Positions 17,936 to 28,200 of a stretch of DNA of 39,457 nucleotides are shown one piece after another. The position numbers were made by a program, and so were the translations under genes. Under the pieces are notes generated by a model that saw only the letters and a program-made list of their open reading frames with translations, searched no databases and had not been told where the DNA came from. Numbering within the stretch: position 1 is the stretch's first letter; every line of letters starts with the position of its first letter. The stretch comes from Candidatus Heimdallarchaeota archaeon (lineage in GTDB: Archaea; Asgardarchaeota; Heimdallarchaeia; Heimdallarchaeales; Heimdallarchaeaceae): NCBI GenBank assembly GCA_021399395.1, contig JAAFKJ010000156.1, forward strand, positions 1 to 39,457, given 5' to 3'.

Positions 17936-19105
17936 ATGGAAGAACCCAAGATAGCTATTGTGGGTGGTGGACCAGCTGGACTTCAAGCTGCAATAACTGT
18001 AGCTAAACAAGGATTTCAACCAGTTGTTTTTGAAGAACACCAACGAATAGGCTCTCCTATTCAGTGTGGGGAAGGAATGAGTCTTAAAGCTTTCCATGAT
18101 TTTTCTATTCCCACAACAAACAACGAGTTTTGTGTGAGAGAACACAAACAATGTCAATTGGTTTTTCCATCAAATAAAATACTATATGGCGACATACATG
18201 CCTTCATGATAAAGAGAGATAGTTTTGACCAATATTTAGCCAACAAAGCGATAGAAGCTGGTGCAGAGATTAAGACCAACACAAAGATTTTGGAAATAAG
18301 AAGGAAACCTGAAGGCTCAATTATTAAGTTAAAAGGACAAGATAAAACAACTTACTTTTCCCACTTTTTGATTTTAGCAGAAGGAGCAAGGGCTAAATTA
18401 GCTCAAAATCTCAGTTTTTCCTCTCCCCAATTGATTAAAGCTTTTGAATACAGAATTGAGGGAGAATGGGGTGAGGATTTGGAATTTCATTTCGATGCCC
18501 AAGATTATCCTTCTGGTTACTGTTGGATTTTTCCCAGAGACAATGAAACGAATGTTGGAATAGTTACAACAGCCAAACAAATGAAAACTAGATTAGATTC
18601 TTTTTTGAAAAAGAAGAAAATAAAAGGAAAAATAGTTAAGAAAATTGGAGGTGCAATTCCAATGAAAGGTCCCGTGAGTAAATTGGCTTCCAATAATATC
18701 GTTCTTGCAGGTGATACAGCTGGAATGGTAAATCCAATTTTTTATGGGGGGATAAGAATCGGAATGACAAGTGGTAAATTTGCAGGAAAAGTAGGAGTTG
18801 AATATCTTACTAGTTTAGAGGAAGGGACCGAATACTCAACACAGCAATACTCACAATATTTAAGTCAATTACAGTTTATGCAAGATGTTAATTTGAAATG
18901 TCACAATTTTTTCTATAGCAGATCTAATTCTTTTCTCACAAAATTGGGTAAAACTTTTGATAAGAAGTCAATTAATCAAATAACTGGATGGGAAAAAGCA
19001 AAGATTTTTGGAAATCTTCTCAAAAATCCTTCTTTGTTGAAATATCCTAGAGGATTGCTTAGGATATATCTTGGTTTTAAGATAGCCCGTGATTGGGGGT
19101 TTTAA
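17936..19105 (+). CDS. Geranylgeranyl reductase family FAD-dependent oxidoreductase
   Basis: IVGGGPAG, PIQCGEG, R..FDQYL...A..AGA, GYCWIFP, NVGI, GDTAGMVNPIFYGGI. Confidence 0.9.
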   Translation: MEEPKIAIVGGGPAGLQAAITVAKQGFQPVVFEEHQRIGSPIQCGEGMSLKAFHDFSIPTTNNEFCVREHKQCQLVFPSNKILYGDIHAFMIKRDSFDQYLANKAIEAGAEIKTNTKILEIRRKPEGSIIKLKGQDKTTYFSHFLILAEGARAKLAQNLSFSSPQLIKAFEYRIEGEWGEDLEFHFDAQDYPSGYCWIFPRDNETNVGIVTTAKQMKTRLDSFLKKKKIKGKIVKKIGGAIPMKGPVSKLASNNIVLAGDTAGMVNPIFYGGIRIGMTSGKFAGKVGVEYLTSLEEGTEYSTQQYSQYLSQLQFMQDVNLKCHNFFYSRSNSFLTKLGKTFDKKSINQITGWEKAKIFGNLLKNPSLLKYPRGLLRIYLGFKIARDWGF

Positions 19106-19151
19106 ACTATCGACAATCATAATAGTTAAATGTATGATTTGAAAGGAATGA

Positions 19152-19352
19152 TTGTCTGAAATGATTATTCCAGTAAGATGTTTTACCTGTGGTACTTTGA
19201 TTGCTGATAAATGGGATGAATTCGTAAAGAGAATTGATGAAGGAGAAAATCCTCAAAAAATTCTTGACGATTTAAATGTAAAACGATGGTGTTGTAGAAG
19301 AATGCTTGTTTCACATACAGATTTAATTGAGGATTTCTTGCCTTTTACTTAA
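19152..19352 (+). CDS. rpoN: DNA-directed RNA polymerase subunit N (Rpo10)
   Basis: [11 protein letters not shown]...[18 protein letters not shown]. Confidence 0.97.
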   Translation: MSEMIIPVRCFTCGTLIADKWDEFVKRIDEGENPQKILDDLNVKRWCCRRMLVSHTDLIEDFLPFT

Positions 19353-19468
19353 TCTGTACAAAACAAATACTCAACTAACTGAACAGAAAGTTTTTAATCA
19401 AACCACTTGAGGTCTAATTGCTTACAATGCGGGAATAACCCAAATCATACACAAACTGAGGATACAAG

Positions 19469-20104
19469 ATGTCAGAGGAAATAGAAGAAACCACTGAAGA
19501 AGAAGCGTTGTTAATACCTCGTGATACCTATCTAGTTTCAGGTATCCACATAGGAACAAGTGTTTGTACAAAGTATATGGCGCCTTTCAAATATAGAGTC
19601 AGAAATGATGGTATATATGTTTTAGATGTAAATGCCACTGATGAAAGAATTAGGATTGCTGCTAAATTCTTGAGTCGTTTTGAACCATCAAAAGTAGCAG
19701 TTTTTGCAACAAGACAATATGCTTCCGTTCCTAGTACAAAAATGGCTAGACTGGCAGGTTTCAAAGTAATCCCTGGAAGATTTATCCCTGGTACATTGAC
19801 TAATCCTTCATATGAAGGTTATATTGAACCAGATGTAGTTATTCTAACAGATCCAAGAGCAGACAAACAATCTTTAACTGAAGCTGCTTCAAGAGGGATA
19901 CCCATAGTTGCATTATGTGATACAGATAATGTTACAAATAATGTGGATTTGGTTATTCCAGTAAATAACAAAGGTAGAAAATCATTAGCTCAAGTTTATT
20001 ATCTACTAACCAGAGAAATACTCAGGGCTAGAGGGGAACTTAATGAGGCTGAAGACTTACCAGTTACAGTTGATGACTTCGCTTTCAAGCTTTTAAAGGA
20101 TTAA
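19469..20104 (+). CDS. rps2: 30S ribosomal protein S2 (uS2)
   Basis: GIHIGT, RFIPGTLTNP, EPDVVILTDP, PIVALCDTDN, DLVIPVNNKGRKSLA. Confidence 0.97.
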   Translation: MSEEIEETTEEEALLIPRDTYLVSGIHIGTSVCTKYMAPFKYRVRNDGIYVLDVNATDERIRIAAKFLSRFEPSKVAVFATRQYASVPSTKMARLAGFKVIPGRFIPGTLTNPSYEGYIEPDVVILTDPRADKQSLTEAASRGIPIVALCDTDNVTNNVDLVIPVNNKGRKSLAQVYYLLTREILRARGELNEAEDLPVTVDDFAFKLLKD

Positions 20105-20163
20105 ACTCCTTTTTTTCCTTACTTTTGAAAAAGGTTTTTTATGCACAATTTCTATTTGTGTTT

Positions 20164-21135
20164 ATGGTTGCCGATTCTATAAAGTTCTCAGCTCCAGGTA
20201 AAGTAATACTTTTTGGAGAACATTCTGTTGTTTACGGGCATCCAGCAATAGCTGCAGCTATTGGTCTTAGAGCATTGTGCGAAGTGACAAGGTCAAATGA
20301 AGAAACAATAACTATTTCCGCTCCTATGCTTTTTTCTGATCAAACATTCACTATTTCTGAGAAAAGTATTGTTCCTACAGAATTAGAATCATTCAAACAC
20401 ATTCTCCTTCTACTAAGTAGGAGTCATGAAAACGGTTTCATTCCAAAAGTAGAACTGTCTTCTAGTATCCCTCCTTCTGCAGGTTTAGGTTCAAGCGCTG
20501 CAACAGCTGTCTCTCTTACAGCTAGTCTTTTAGAATTTTATGGACATGACCATGATCTTGAAACAATTAATGATATTGCCTTTGAATCAGAAAAAATAAC
20601 TCATGGTTCTCCTTCAGGAATAGATAATTCAATCTCAACTTACGGCGGGGGGATAATTTACGAAAAAGGAGTTATAACTCCTTTAACTTCAAAGATTCCT
20701 TCATCCACACTCGTTATTATTGATAGTGGGATTCCTAGACAAACAAAGAAGCTTATAGAAAAAGTCCAGAAGAAGAAAGACGTTGAACCTAAAAATGTAC
20801 AAACCATTTTTAACAAAATAGAGGATATTACTTTGGATGCAAAGAAGTATTTAGAATCAGGAAATATTAGGCAAGTTGGAAATTTAATGAATGAAAATCA
20901 TGAATTGCTTGAGAAACTAGATGTTGGTATTCCCTTCATAAGCAATATTGTGGATTTCATTGATAAAACCGATGCTCTTGGAAGGAAGTTGACAGGAGCT
21001 GGAGGAGGGGGTAGTGTGATAGCTCTGTATGATGATTATGAATATGCAAAAGATGTTGTTTCAGACTTCGTAATCAATGGGTTTGATGCATATCTTACGA
21101 ATATATTTGAAACTGGTGTTAAGATTGAAGAATGA
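20164..21135 (+). CDS. mvk: Mevalonate kinase
   Basis: APGKVILFGEHSVVYG, PPSAGLGSSAA, HGSPSGID, KLTGAGGGG. Likely start is ATG 20164 (ORF from 20125). Confidence 0.95.
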   Translation: MVADSIKFSAPGKVILFGEHSVVYGHPAIAAAIGLRALCEVTRSNEETITISAPMLFSDQTFTISEKSIVPTELESFKHILLLLSRSHENGFIPKVELSSSIPPSAGLGSSAATAVSLTASLLEFYGHDHDLETINDIAFESEKITHGSPSGIDNSISTYGGGIIYEKGVITPLTSKIPSSTLVIIDSGIPRQTKKLIEKVQKKKDVEPKNVQTIFNKIEDITLDAKKYLESGNIRQVGNLMNENHELLEKLDVGIPFISNIVDFIDKTDALGRKLTGAGGGGSVIALYDDYEYAKDVVSDFVINGFDAYLTNIFETGVKIEE

Positions 21136-21928
21136 ACAAATTGATATCATAAAAATTGGTGGCTCAATAATTACAAACAAAAGTGAATATCGAACCTTGA
21201 GGAAAAAACAGTTATTGTTACTTAGCAAAGAACTTGCAAAATGGGAAAAAAAATGTATAATTATTCATGGAGCTGGTTCTTTTGGACACACAGTTGCCAA
21301 CCAATACTCAATCCATTTAGGTTTTAGTAACCAAAATCAACTAAAAGGAATACTTCAAATTCGAAAAGATATGCTTGAGTTAACAGAAGCTGTAACTCAT
21401 TCTTTAGTTGAAAACGGCGTGAATGCTCTTAGCTTTCAGACAAGTGCGATAGTTTTCGAGAATGAAGGTGGATTCTCTTTTCATTTCAATCCAGTGAAAA
21501 AGGCGTTATCTCTGGGTTTTTGTCCAATTCTATCAGGTGATGTTTTATTTACAGAAGCCAAAGGATTTAGAATTTTCAGTGGTGATGCTCTAATACGTTT
21601 GCTTGTTCAACACTTTGATGTTGGTAGAGTGATATTCATTTCTGATGTAGATGGATTATTTCTGCAAGATCCCGAAACTAAAGAAGATAAACTAGTGAGT
21701 TCTCTAACCACAAATGACTTTGAAAATGTAGAAATAGGTGAGTTAAACCAAGACGATTCAAAAGATGTAACAGGTGAAATGAGAGGTAAAATCGAAGAGA
21801 TTAAATCTATATTAGAGCATACATCTGAAGTGATTCTTGTAAATGGTTTTCATCCAGAACGATTGACATTGGTTCGTGAAGGAGACAAATTTGTAGGTAC
21901 GACAATAATTAACGAAAATTCTACCTAA
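21125..21928 (+). CDS. ipk: Isopentenyl phosphate kinase
   Basis: KIGGSIIT, HGAGSFGH, SGD, DVDG, DVTGEMRGK; follows mvk. Likely start is TTG 21125, preceded by GGTG. Confidence 0.93.
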   Translation: MKNEQIDIIKIGGSIITNKSEYRTLRKKQLLLLSKELAKWEKKCIIIHGAGSFGHTVANQYSIHLGFSNQNQLKGILQIRKDMLELTEAVTHSLVENGVNALSFQTSAIVFENEGGFSFHFNPVKKALSLGFCPILSGDVLFTEAKGFRIFSGDALIRLLVQHFDVGRVIFISDVDGLFLQDPETKEDKLVSSLTTNDFENVEIGELNQDDSKDVTGEMRGKIEEIKSILEHTSEVILVNGFHPERLTLVREGDKFVGTTIINENST

Positions 21929-21964
21929 AGATAAGTCTTTTAAACTAAACGAGATTTCGTTTTA

Positions 21965-22000
21965 TACCTAATGAAGGCATTATTTTAGGTGCCCGAGGTG
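21965..22000 (+). promoter_or_regulatory. Putative kink-turn in the rpl7ae 5' UTR overlapping the SD (L7Ae autoregulation site)
   Basis: UACC-UAAU-GA-A-GGCAU...GUGCC-C-GA-GGUG: C-stem, bulge, tandem G.A pairs, NC stem. TATA-like TTTTAAA at ~21938-21944. Confidence 0.65.
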
Positions 22001-22004
22001 AAGA

Positions 22005-22367
22005 ATGATGTATAAGAAATTCGATATTCCTGAAGAAGTTGTTAAAGAATCTCTAAGTATTCTAGAAACTTCTGCTAAATCTGGCAGAATAAGAAAAGGA
22101 ACAAATGAGGTTACTAAAGTCATTGAAAGAAAAACAGCACAGCTTGTTTATATCGCTGAAGATGTAAATCCTCCTGAAATAGTAATGCACTTACCTCTTT
22201 TATGTGAAGAGCAAAACATAGCATATACCTTTGTCGCAACAAAAGACGATTTAGGAAAAGCCGCTGGTTTAAAAGTTGGCTCAGCATCAATTGCTATTGT
22301 AGATGGTGGAGAAGCTAAACAAGCACTAAAAGGTCTAAATAAAAAGCTAGCAGAACTTAAGAAATAA
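22005..22367 (+). CDS. rpl7ae: 50S ribosomal protein L7Ae
   Basis: [43 protein letters not shown]. Confidence 0.97.
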   Translation: MMYKKFDIPEEVVKESLSILETSAKSGRIRKGTNEVTKVIERKTAQLVYIAEDVNPPEIVMHLPLLCEEQNIAYTFVATKDDLGKAAGLKVGSASIAIVDGGEAKQALKGLNKKLAELKK

Positions 22368-22381
22368 GCTTGGTGATCAAC

Positions 22382-22600
22382 ATGAGTAGAGATGAAGATG
22401 AAGCTATTCCTGCCGAAGTTATTCAAGTATTAGATAGAACTGGCAGTGTAGGAGAAGTAATCCAAGCTAGAGTAAAAGTGCTAGACGGTAGAGATAAGAA
22501 CCGTATCTTAACTCGTAACCTTAAAGGACCCGTGCGAAAAGGAGACGTAATAATGCTCCGTGAAACAGAAAGAGAAGCTAAGAAAATTAGAAGAAGGTAA
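22382..22600 (+). CDS. rps28e: 30S ribosomal protein S28e
   Basis: [25 protein letters not shown]...[11 protein letters not shown]...ETEREA; ATG 22382 follows a GGTGA SD. Confidence 0.96.
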   Translation: MSRDEDEAIPAEVIQVLDRTGSVGEVIQARVKVLDGRDKNRILTRNLKGPVRKGDVIMLRETEREAKKIRRR

Positions 22601-22610
22601 GTGATTAACA

Positions 22611-22799
22611 ATGCCAAGAACACAAAAATGCTCATACTGTGGAAAAGATATAGAACCTGGGTGTGGGATGTTGTTCATCCAAAGAACTGGTTCCGTGCTC
22701 TATTTCTGTTCAAGCAAATGTAAAAAATCTCAACTAGTCCTAAAAAGAGATCCTAAGAAACTCAAATGGACAGAGAGATACGAAAGAAAAATTATGTAA
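22611..22799 (+). CDS. rpl24e: 50S ribosomal protein L24e
   Basis: CSYCGKDIEPGCG...FCSSKC...LKWT. Confidence 0.96.
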   Translation: MPRTQKCSYCGKDIEPGCGMLFIQRTGSVLYFCSSKCKKSQLVLKRDPKKLKWTERYERKIM

Positions 22800-22860
22800 T
22801 TTTTCTACTCTTTTTATTTTCTTTTATTTTATTTACTTTAGATTATTTCTTTTTATATTC
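22800..22860 (+). terminator. U-rich terminator region after rpl24e
   Basis: Multiple T4-T5 tracts right after the stop codon. Confidence 0.45.
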
Positions 22861-22930
22861 TATTTGAATGAGATTTTGTGGTCGTAACAATTAATTTTTA
22901 TTGTAATAATTAAGAATCATTACAGAAATA

Positions 22931-23392
22931 ATGGTGATAAATTTGGAAAGAGAATTTATAATGATTAAACCTGATGGGGTTCAAAGAGGAATTGTTGGGC
23001 AAGTTATTCAAAGGATTGAAAATGTAGGTTTTAAGATTATAGGGTTGAAAATGATTACTGTTACAATGCAGCAAGCTGAAGAACATTATGCAATTCATAA
23101 AGGAAAACCATTCTACAACGGGCTTTTGGAATACATTACTTGTGGTCCTGTAGTTGCCATGGTTGTAGAAGGAAAAGATGCAGTTAAAATAACCAGAAAG
23201 ATTGTGGGAGCTACAAATCCTGCAGAAGCAGAACCCGGGTCAATAAGAGGGGATTATGCTCTAGAAATAGGACGAAACATTATCCATGCTGGTGACTCAC
23301 CAGAAAATGCAATTGTTGAATATAAAATCTATTTTGATGAAGAAGAATTTACTAACTATTCAAAAATAGATGAAAAATGGTTATACGAATAA
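22931..23392 (+). CDS. ndk: Nucleoside diphosphate kinase
   Basis: IKPDGVQR, HYAIHKGKPFY, GATNP...PGSIRGD, RNIIHAGDS. Confidence 0.97.
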   Translation: MVINLEREFIMIKPDGVQRGIVGQVIQRIENVGFKIIGLKMITVTMQQAEEHYAIHKGKPFYNGLLEYITCGPVVAMVVEGKDAVKITRKIVGATNPAEAEPGSIRGDYALEIGRNIIHAGDSPENAIVEYKIYFDEEEFTNYSKIDEKWLYE

Positions 23393-23513
23393 GTGTTTGA
23401 TAAGTTACAAAAAATATCTGTCAAACCAATTTCTTTTTATTTATTTTATTTAGCTAAATATTCTTCTAATTTCATCCAAAAGATATTAAAGAATAATACT
23501 GAGACTAATATCT

Positions 23514-24296
23514 ATGAGCTCCGGAAACCAGAAAAAACCTATAAAAATTGGAAGGGATACATGGCGACATAGGCTTTTAAAAGAACTGGATATAAAAAAG
23601 AAGAAAAAAGAATGGTTAATTTCTGATACAAATTTAACTTCTTTTGCAGTTCATAGCGCTACAAATGAACTGATAGAAAAAGAACTTATTAAAAAAGTCG
23701 AAGAAAAAGATGAAATCTTCTTCATGAGAACTAGTTTGGAGTATGAAGTAGTTGAACCTAAAAAAAAGAAGAATTCAGTGGAAGGAGAATCTTGGATAGA
23801 TGAATTACTAGAAGAAACAGAGGAAATGGAAGATAAAGCTGTTTTACCTCTCCATGGGTTAAGTTTGGCTGCCAAGCATGAGCAAATGATAAATTCTTCT
23901 AAGAATTCCATTATTTTAATAAATCCATTTCTCGATAAGAATAATCTTTATGATGCTATTTTTCGAAAAACCAAAACCAAAACCAATGTGAATATGCTTC
24001 TAATAACTCGTCCAACAAGTAGAGTAAATCGAGATAATAGAAAGATTCATCAGCAGATTATTGATGCTTTTGTTGATAGTGAAAATGCAAAAGTCTTCAC
24101 GAATGACTACTTACATGCAAAAATCTTGTTAGTGGATAAAAATAAAAGCTTGATATCTTCAATGAATTTTACACGATCTGCGATTAGTAGTAGTAAGGAA
24201 TTTGGAATCTATACAGAATCCAAAAGTGTTGTCAATTCTATTATAATTTTTATAAATATGATAAGTGAAGATATGACTTCAATTGTAAATGACTGA
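23514..24296 (+). CDS. Phospholipase D-like (single HKD) nuclease with putative N-terminal winged HTH
   Basis: Intact HAKILLVD-x6-SSMNFT...KEFG motif plus INPFL and LITR. The N-terminal LISDTNLTSFAVHSATNELIEKELI segment resembles a wHTH. Confidence 0.8.
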   Translation: MSSGNQKKPIKIGRDTWRHRLLKELDIKKKKKEWLISDTNLTSFAVHSATNELIEKELIKKVEEKDEIFFMRTSLEYEVVEPKKKKNSVEGESWIDELLEETEEMEDKAVLPLHGLSLAAKHEQMINSSKNSIILINPFLDKNNLYDAIFRKTKTKTNVNMLLITRPTSRVNRDNRKIHQQIIDAFVDSENAKVFTNDYLHAKILLVDKNKSLISSMNFTRSAISSSKEFGIYTESKSVVNSIIIFINMISEDMTSIVND

Positions 24297-24336
24297 CCTA
24301 TATTCTTAAGATTGGATTTTATTCATTTTATTTTGT

Positions 24337-25110
24337 TCAATCAAACCAATCTAGAAAACTGTTGAGATAATTACGTACTTCTTCAAACCCATGAGTCTCT
24401 GCAATATTGTCTAATTTAAAAATCTCATTGAAAACTTCTTCAGATGTTATTGCAGGAAAGAATGGACGAGCTTTGATATAAGAACGTAATTGTTTGCTGA
24501 ATATCATCGAACGATCGTATTCCTCAAAACTTTGCACTAATAGAAAATGGTTCATATAATTTATGATATTTTCAGGTGAAGATAATTTTTCAACCAATCT
24601 CTCTTTTGATCTTCCCCAAAATTCAATAGCTTTATCCATTCTTCTAAGTATTTGTTTTCGTAATTTTTCTAATAATTTAATTCGAGTTTCAAGTGAAATA
24701 CAGTTTACTTTTTTTCTAATATCTTGCAGATTATTATTCCAGTTATAATCATAATCCCAGTCTTCTAATTGCACAAAGAATGTATCATCATCATCATTTG
24801 TTGGATTGATAACTCCTTGCAATCCTTCTATGAAATCTGCGTGATGGGTATGAGCATATACATCGATCGTTTTGAATAACTCTTCTAAATGAAATAAACC
24901 AATAATTGATGTGATTTGTGTGTGTAGATCGTATAAGTCACTTGATTCCTCGGCATCTATGAATGAGGTAGGCTTGTTTTGATCAAATTCTCCACTTTCT
25001 CTAGCAATCTCTCTTTGAATCTGGACTCTTAAGTTATTTAACTCTAAGAATGAGGGGGTTATATTTTCATATTCCTCATCACAAAAATCTTGTTCTATCA
25101 TAAGTTTCAC
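24337..25110 (-). CDS. Hypothetical acidic alpha-helical protein
   Basis: 257 aa ORF with TATA (TTTATATA) about 25 nt upstream; no recognised motif. Confidence 0.7.
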   Translation of the reverse strand: MKLMIEQDFCDEEYENITPSFLELNNLRVQIQREIARESGEFDQNKPTSFIDAEESSDLYDLHTQITSIIGLFHLEELFKTIDVYAHTHHADFIEGLQGVINPTNDDDDTFFVQLEDWDYDYNWNNNLQDIRKKVNCISLETRIKLLEKLRKQILRRMDKAIEFWGRSKERLVEKLSSPENIINYMNHFLLVQSFEEYDRSMIFSKQLRSYIKARPFFPAITSEEVFNEIFKLDNIAETHGFEEVRNYLNSFLDWFD

Positions 25111-25277
25111 TAGTGAATCTGTAGTTTGGTATATAAACCGATGAAAATCTAAGCTATTTAGTTGGTTGGTTTTTCTCTAGTTTATATTTCAATTTCAGTA
25201 TTATTGTTATAGAATGACTTTATCATTTTCTTCAACTTTTGAAGATTCAGATTATGTATTTTATAGTGGTTTTAATT

Positions 25278-28200
25278 ATGACAGATACAATTAATTTAGA
25301 GAAAAAATGTAAGAAAAAAGAACTTGAGAGTATGCAAGCAGAAATAGCAGAAGAGTTGGAAAACATAAAACAAATCAAGAAATCTCTTCAAAAATTAACA
25401 AAAACCAACAAGAAGGATAAGAAACAACAAAGAATATCCTTAGTTGAAGACAATGAAATTGTGAAGTTTAAGAATGATGCTCAATATAAAATTGTGAAGG
25501 AAGATGATTATGACATTTCTTCAAAATTCTCTATGGAGAAAAAAACAAAAATGAATCACCCTTCTAACGCATCAATTCTTCATCCCAAGCAATATAAAAC
25601 AGTTTTTACTCTTGATGCAAGCCTTGATTTGGTATCCTATGCAAGAAAAAATACTGCTGATGGGACAAGTTTTTCAATATTCACTAAAGATCTAATAGAT
25701 TATCTAAACTTAGACTGCAATTCATCATTTGATTACATGATCGAAGCCTTACAAAGAATCATTGCGGATGACACGATTCTACTCAATCCTGTATTTAAAA
25801 AACTTTCAAAGAATAGGCTCACCGAATATATTGAAATACTCTCTGAATCAAAAGGATTAACTTCATTATATAAAGAAAAGCTCACAGAATTGTTTCTTCT
25901 TTTATCTGCCTTTACATATAGTGGTCCTGCAAATCATCCTAGTATACGAAAAGTGAAAGATTACCTTAGTGAGGATAATTTAGTCTGTGGAATCAACCAT
26001 GCAAAAAGTGTTCAAGGTTTTGATCAAATGATTATAAAAGTTGAACAAGGCTTAGGCTTTAGAAAATTAGAAATCGTTAATCCTATTGAATTTAAATATC
26101 GTTACAAGAACCATCTATCTTGGCAAGTTCCATCTCAAACTTATAATCCTAAGATATTTGAAATGTCAATACAGCAAATATTGGAAACTAGGGAAAGAAT
26201 TGGTGCATATCTTATAGATAAATCAGGTTTTCAGATTTATGATCCTAAATCTAGTTTTGGAAGATTCTTAGCTGAAACCAGAGGTAATGCAGCTATTATT
26301 AAAATGGCTCAATGGAATCTTCAATTAAACGTTATAGCTGAACAATGGACAAAACTACCTCAAAACGCTGGACTTCTTTATCCTTTGCATGAGATAGTAC
26401 CCAATTCTGGCGGAAAATCTCTTCAGAAGTGCCTTGAATTAGTTCTATATGAACAATTTAGATTAGAAGCTCTTGCAGAAAGTGAATTTATAATCAATTA
26501 CAAAGGAAACCTGCAGGGAAGATATTCTAATCACCCTATCCTCAAAAAGACTTTTGAGTTTATAGCTCAAGGTGTAATAAAGAAAAGAGAAATATTGGGG
26601 GGGGATTTTAGAGTTGATGATAAAACTGCTAAGGGCAGCGAAGTCGTAGTATTTCATCCTGATTTTGTAGATGGGCTAGAAATAAGAGAGTACATTACTT
26701 TTCCTTTGATTGAAGACAATAATTTTATGAGTTTTCTTGACTTCAATCCAACAAAGTATCGAATATATATCTCAAATCAAGTGGATGATATTATAACCAG
26801 TGACAATGAAATAATTGTTTGTTCTACTGAATTCTACAAGAATTTCAAACAGTATCTATGTGGAGAAATAAAGACTAGATTTGTAAATGATATTCGAGAT
26901 AATCTAAGATTGTTAGGATGGAATGGAATTGTATCTGATGATTTTGAGTTCCAACACGATGTGTCTTTTATTACATCAACCCCAACTCCCAAAGACTATT
27001 TTGATAAATTCTCGGGAGCGTATCGTTTTCATGATAATTTACACAAACTCAAAGCTGAGCACCATATTCTTGGTGTTGATTATGTTAATTGTTATGCTCT
27101 TAGACCTAACGCTGATGTGAATAAACACGTCACTAGTAATTGGTTTGTAAATTTAAGTACCAATTTTCATAAAGAACGGATTCCTTTATCCTCAGTTAAA
27201 ATTGAAAAAGATATTGAAGATCCCTTCCTTGATTTAACAGAAACTTATGGTCTTAATATCCCTAATCCAGAATGGGAAGGTTACGGAATGTTGACAGTTA
27301 ATACTTATCTTTGTTCTGGAGAATATGGTGTAAAGACTGTATATTTAGAAAAACTGGAAACTGAATCTGCGGACTTGATGAAGGATTTACCAAAAGAATA
27401 TGCTCATGAGACCATTCTTCAGCGATATGACATTTTTACTGAGTCAAAGAATCTTTTTAGTCGTGAAAGTATCTATACTACACGGGATTATACAAAATCA
27501 ATTTCGAAGATTTCAAAAAGAAAAGTTACAAATGAAATTAGAGCAGAATATCTAACAAGACAATCTTTTGATGGTATATCTGATGAAACAGAACTTCTTG
27601 TTACCCTCATTAGAAAAGATGGAAAAAATAAACGCTTTGTACGTGATGGGACTGATTTACTTATAATGGATTCTTCTATTATGGTTCATCGAGATCAGAT
27701 AAACTATTTCCCTTTGGTTAGAAAATATTCAAACAAGAGTACAGGTTCTTCAAGATACAGGTTCGAGATTCATACTTCAAATCCGGATGTTCTCCAATCT
27801 CTTAAAAATAATCTACTAGAATGTCCGTGGATTTCAGATCGAGGATATAAGGGTGTTGAAATTAATTTTTCTGGTTGGATGAACAGATTATCAAATAGAA
27901 ATACCAACTCTCATAAATCAGATCAAACTATACAAGTTTCTTTTAATGCTTTTGAAACTTTATGGCTTTTAATATACACTGCAAGGAGTATGAATGAGCT
28001 TGAGACTGAACTTTTTTTGGATTTCTTAAACCATTATAACTTATTAATTGCTTCTGGACAGCATAAAAAAGCATCATTGCTTTGGCCATCTGAATCAGAA
28101 GAATTATCTCTCTGTAATTTCAGAAAAATCTATTCTTTTGGTTTAATGGGTTCTTCTATGCAAAGGTACAAACATCGAATTATCTATGAGGTTAAGAGTA

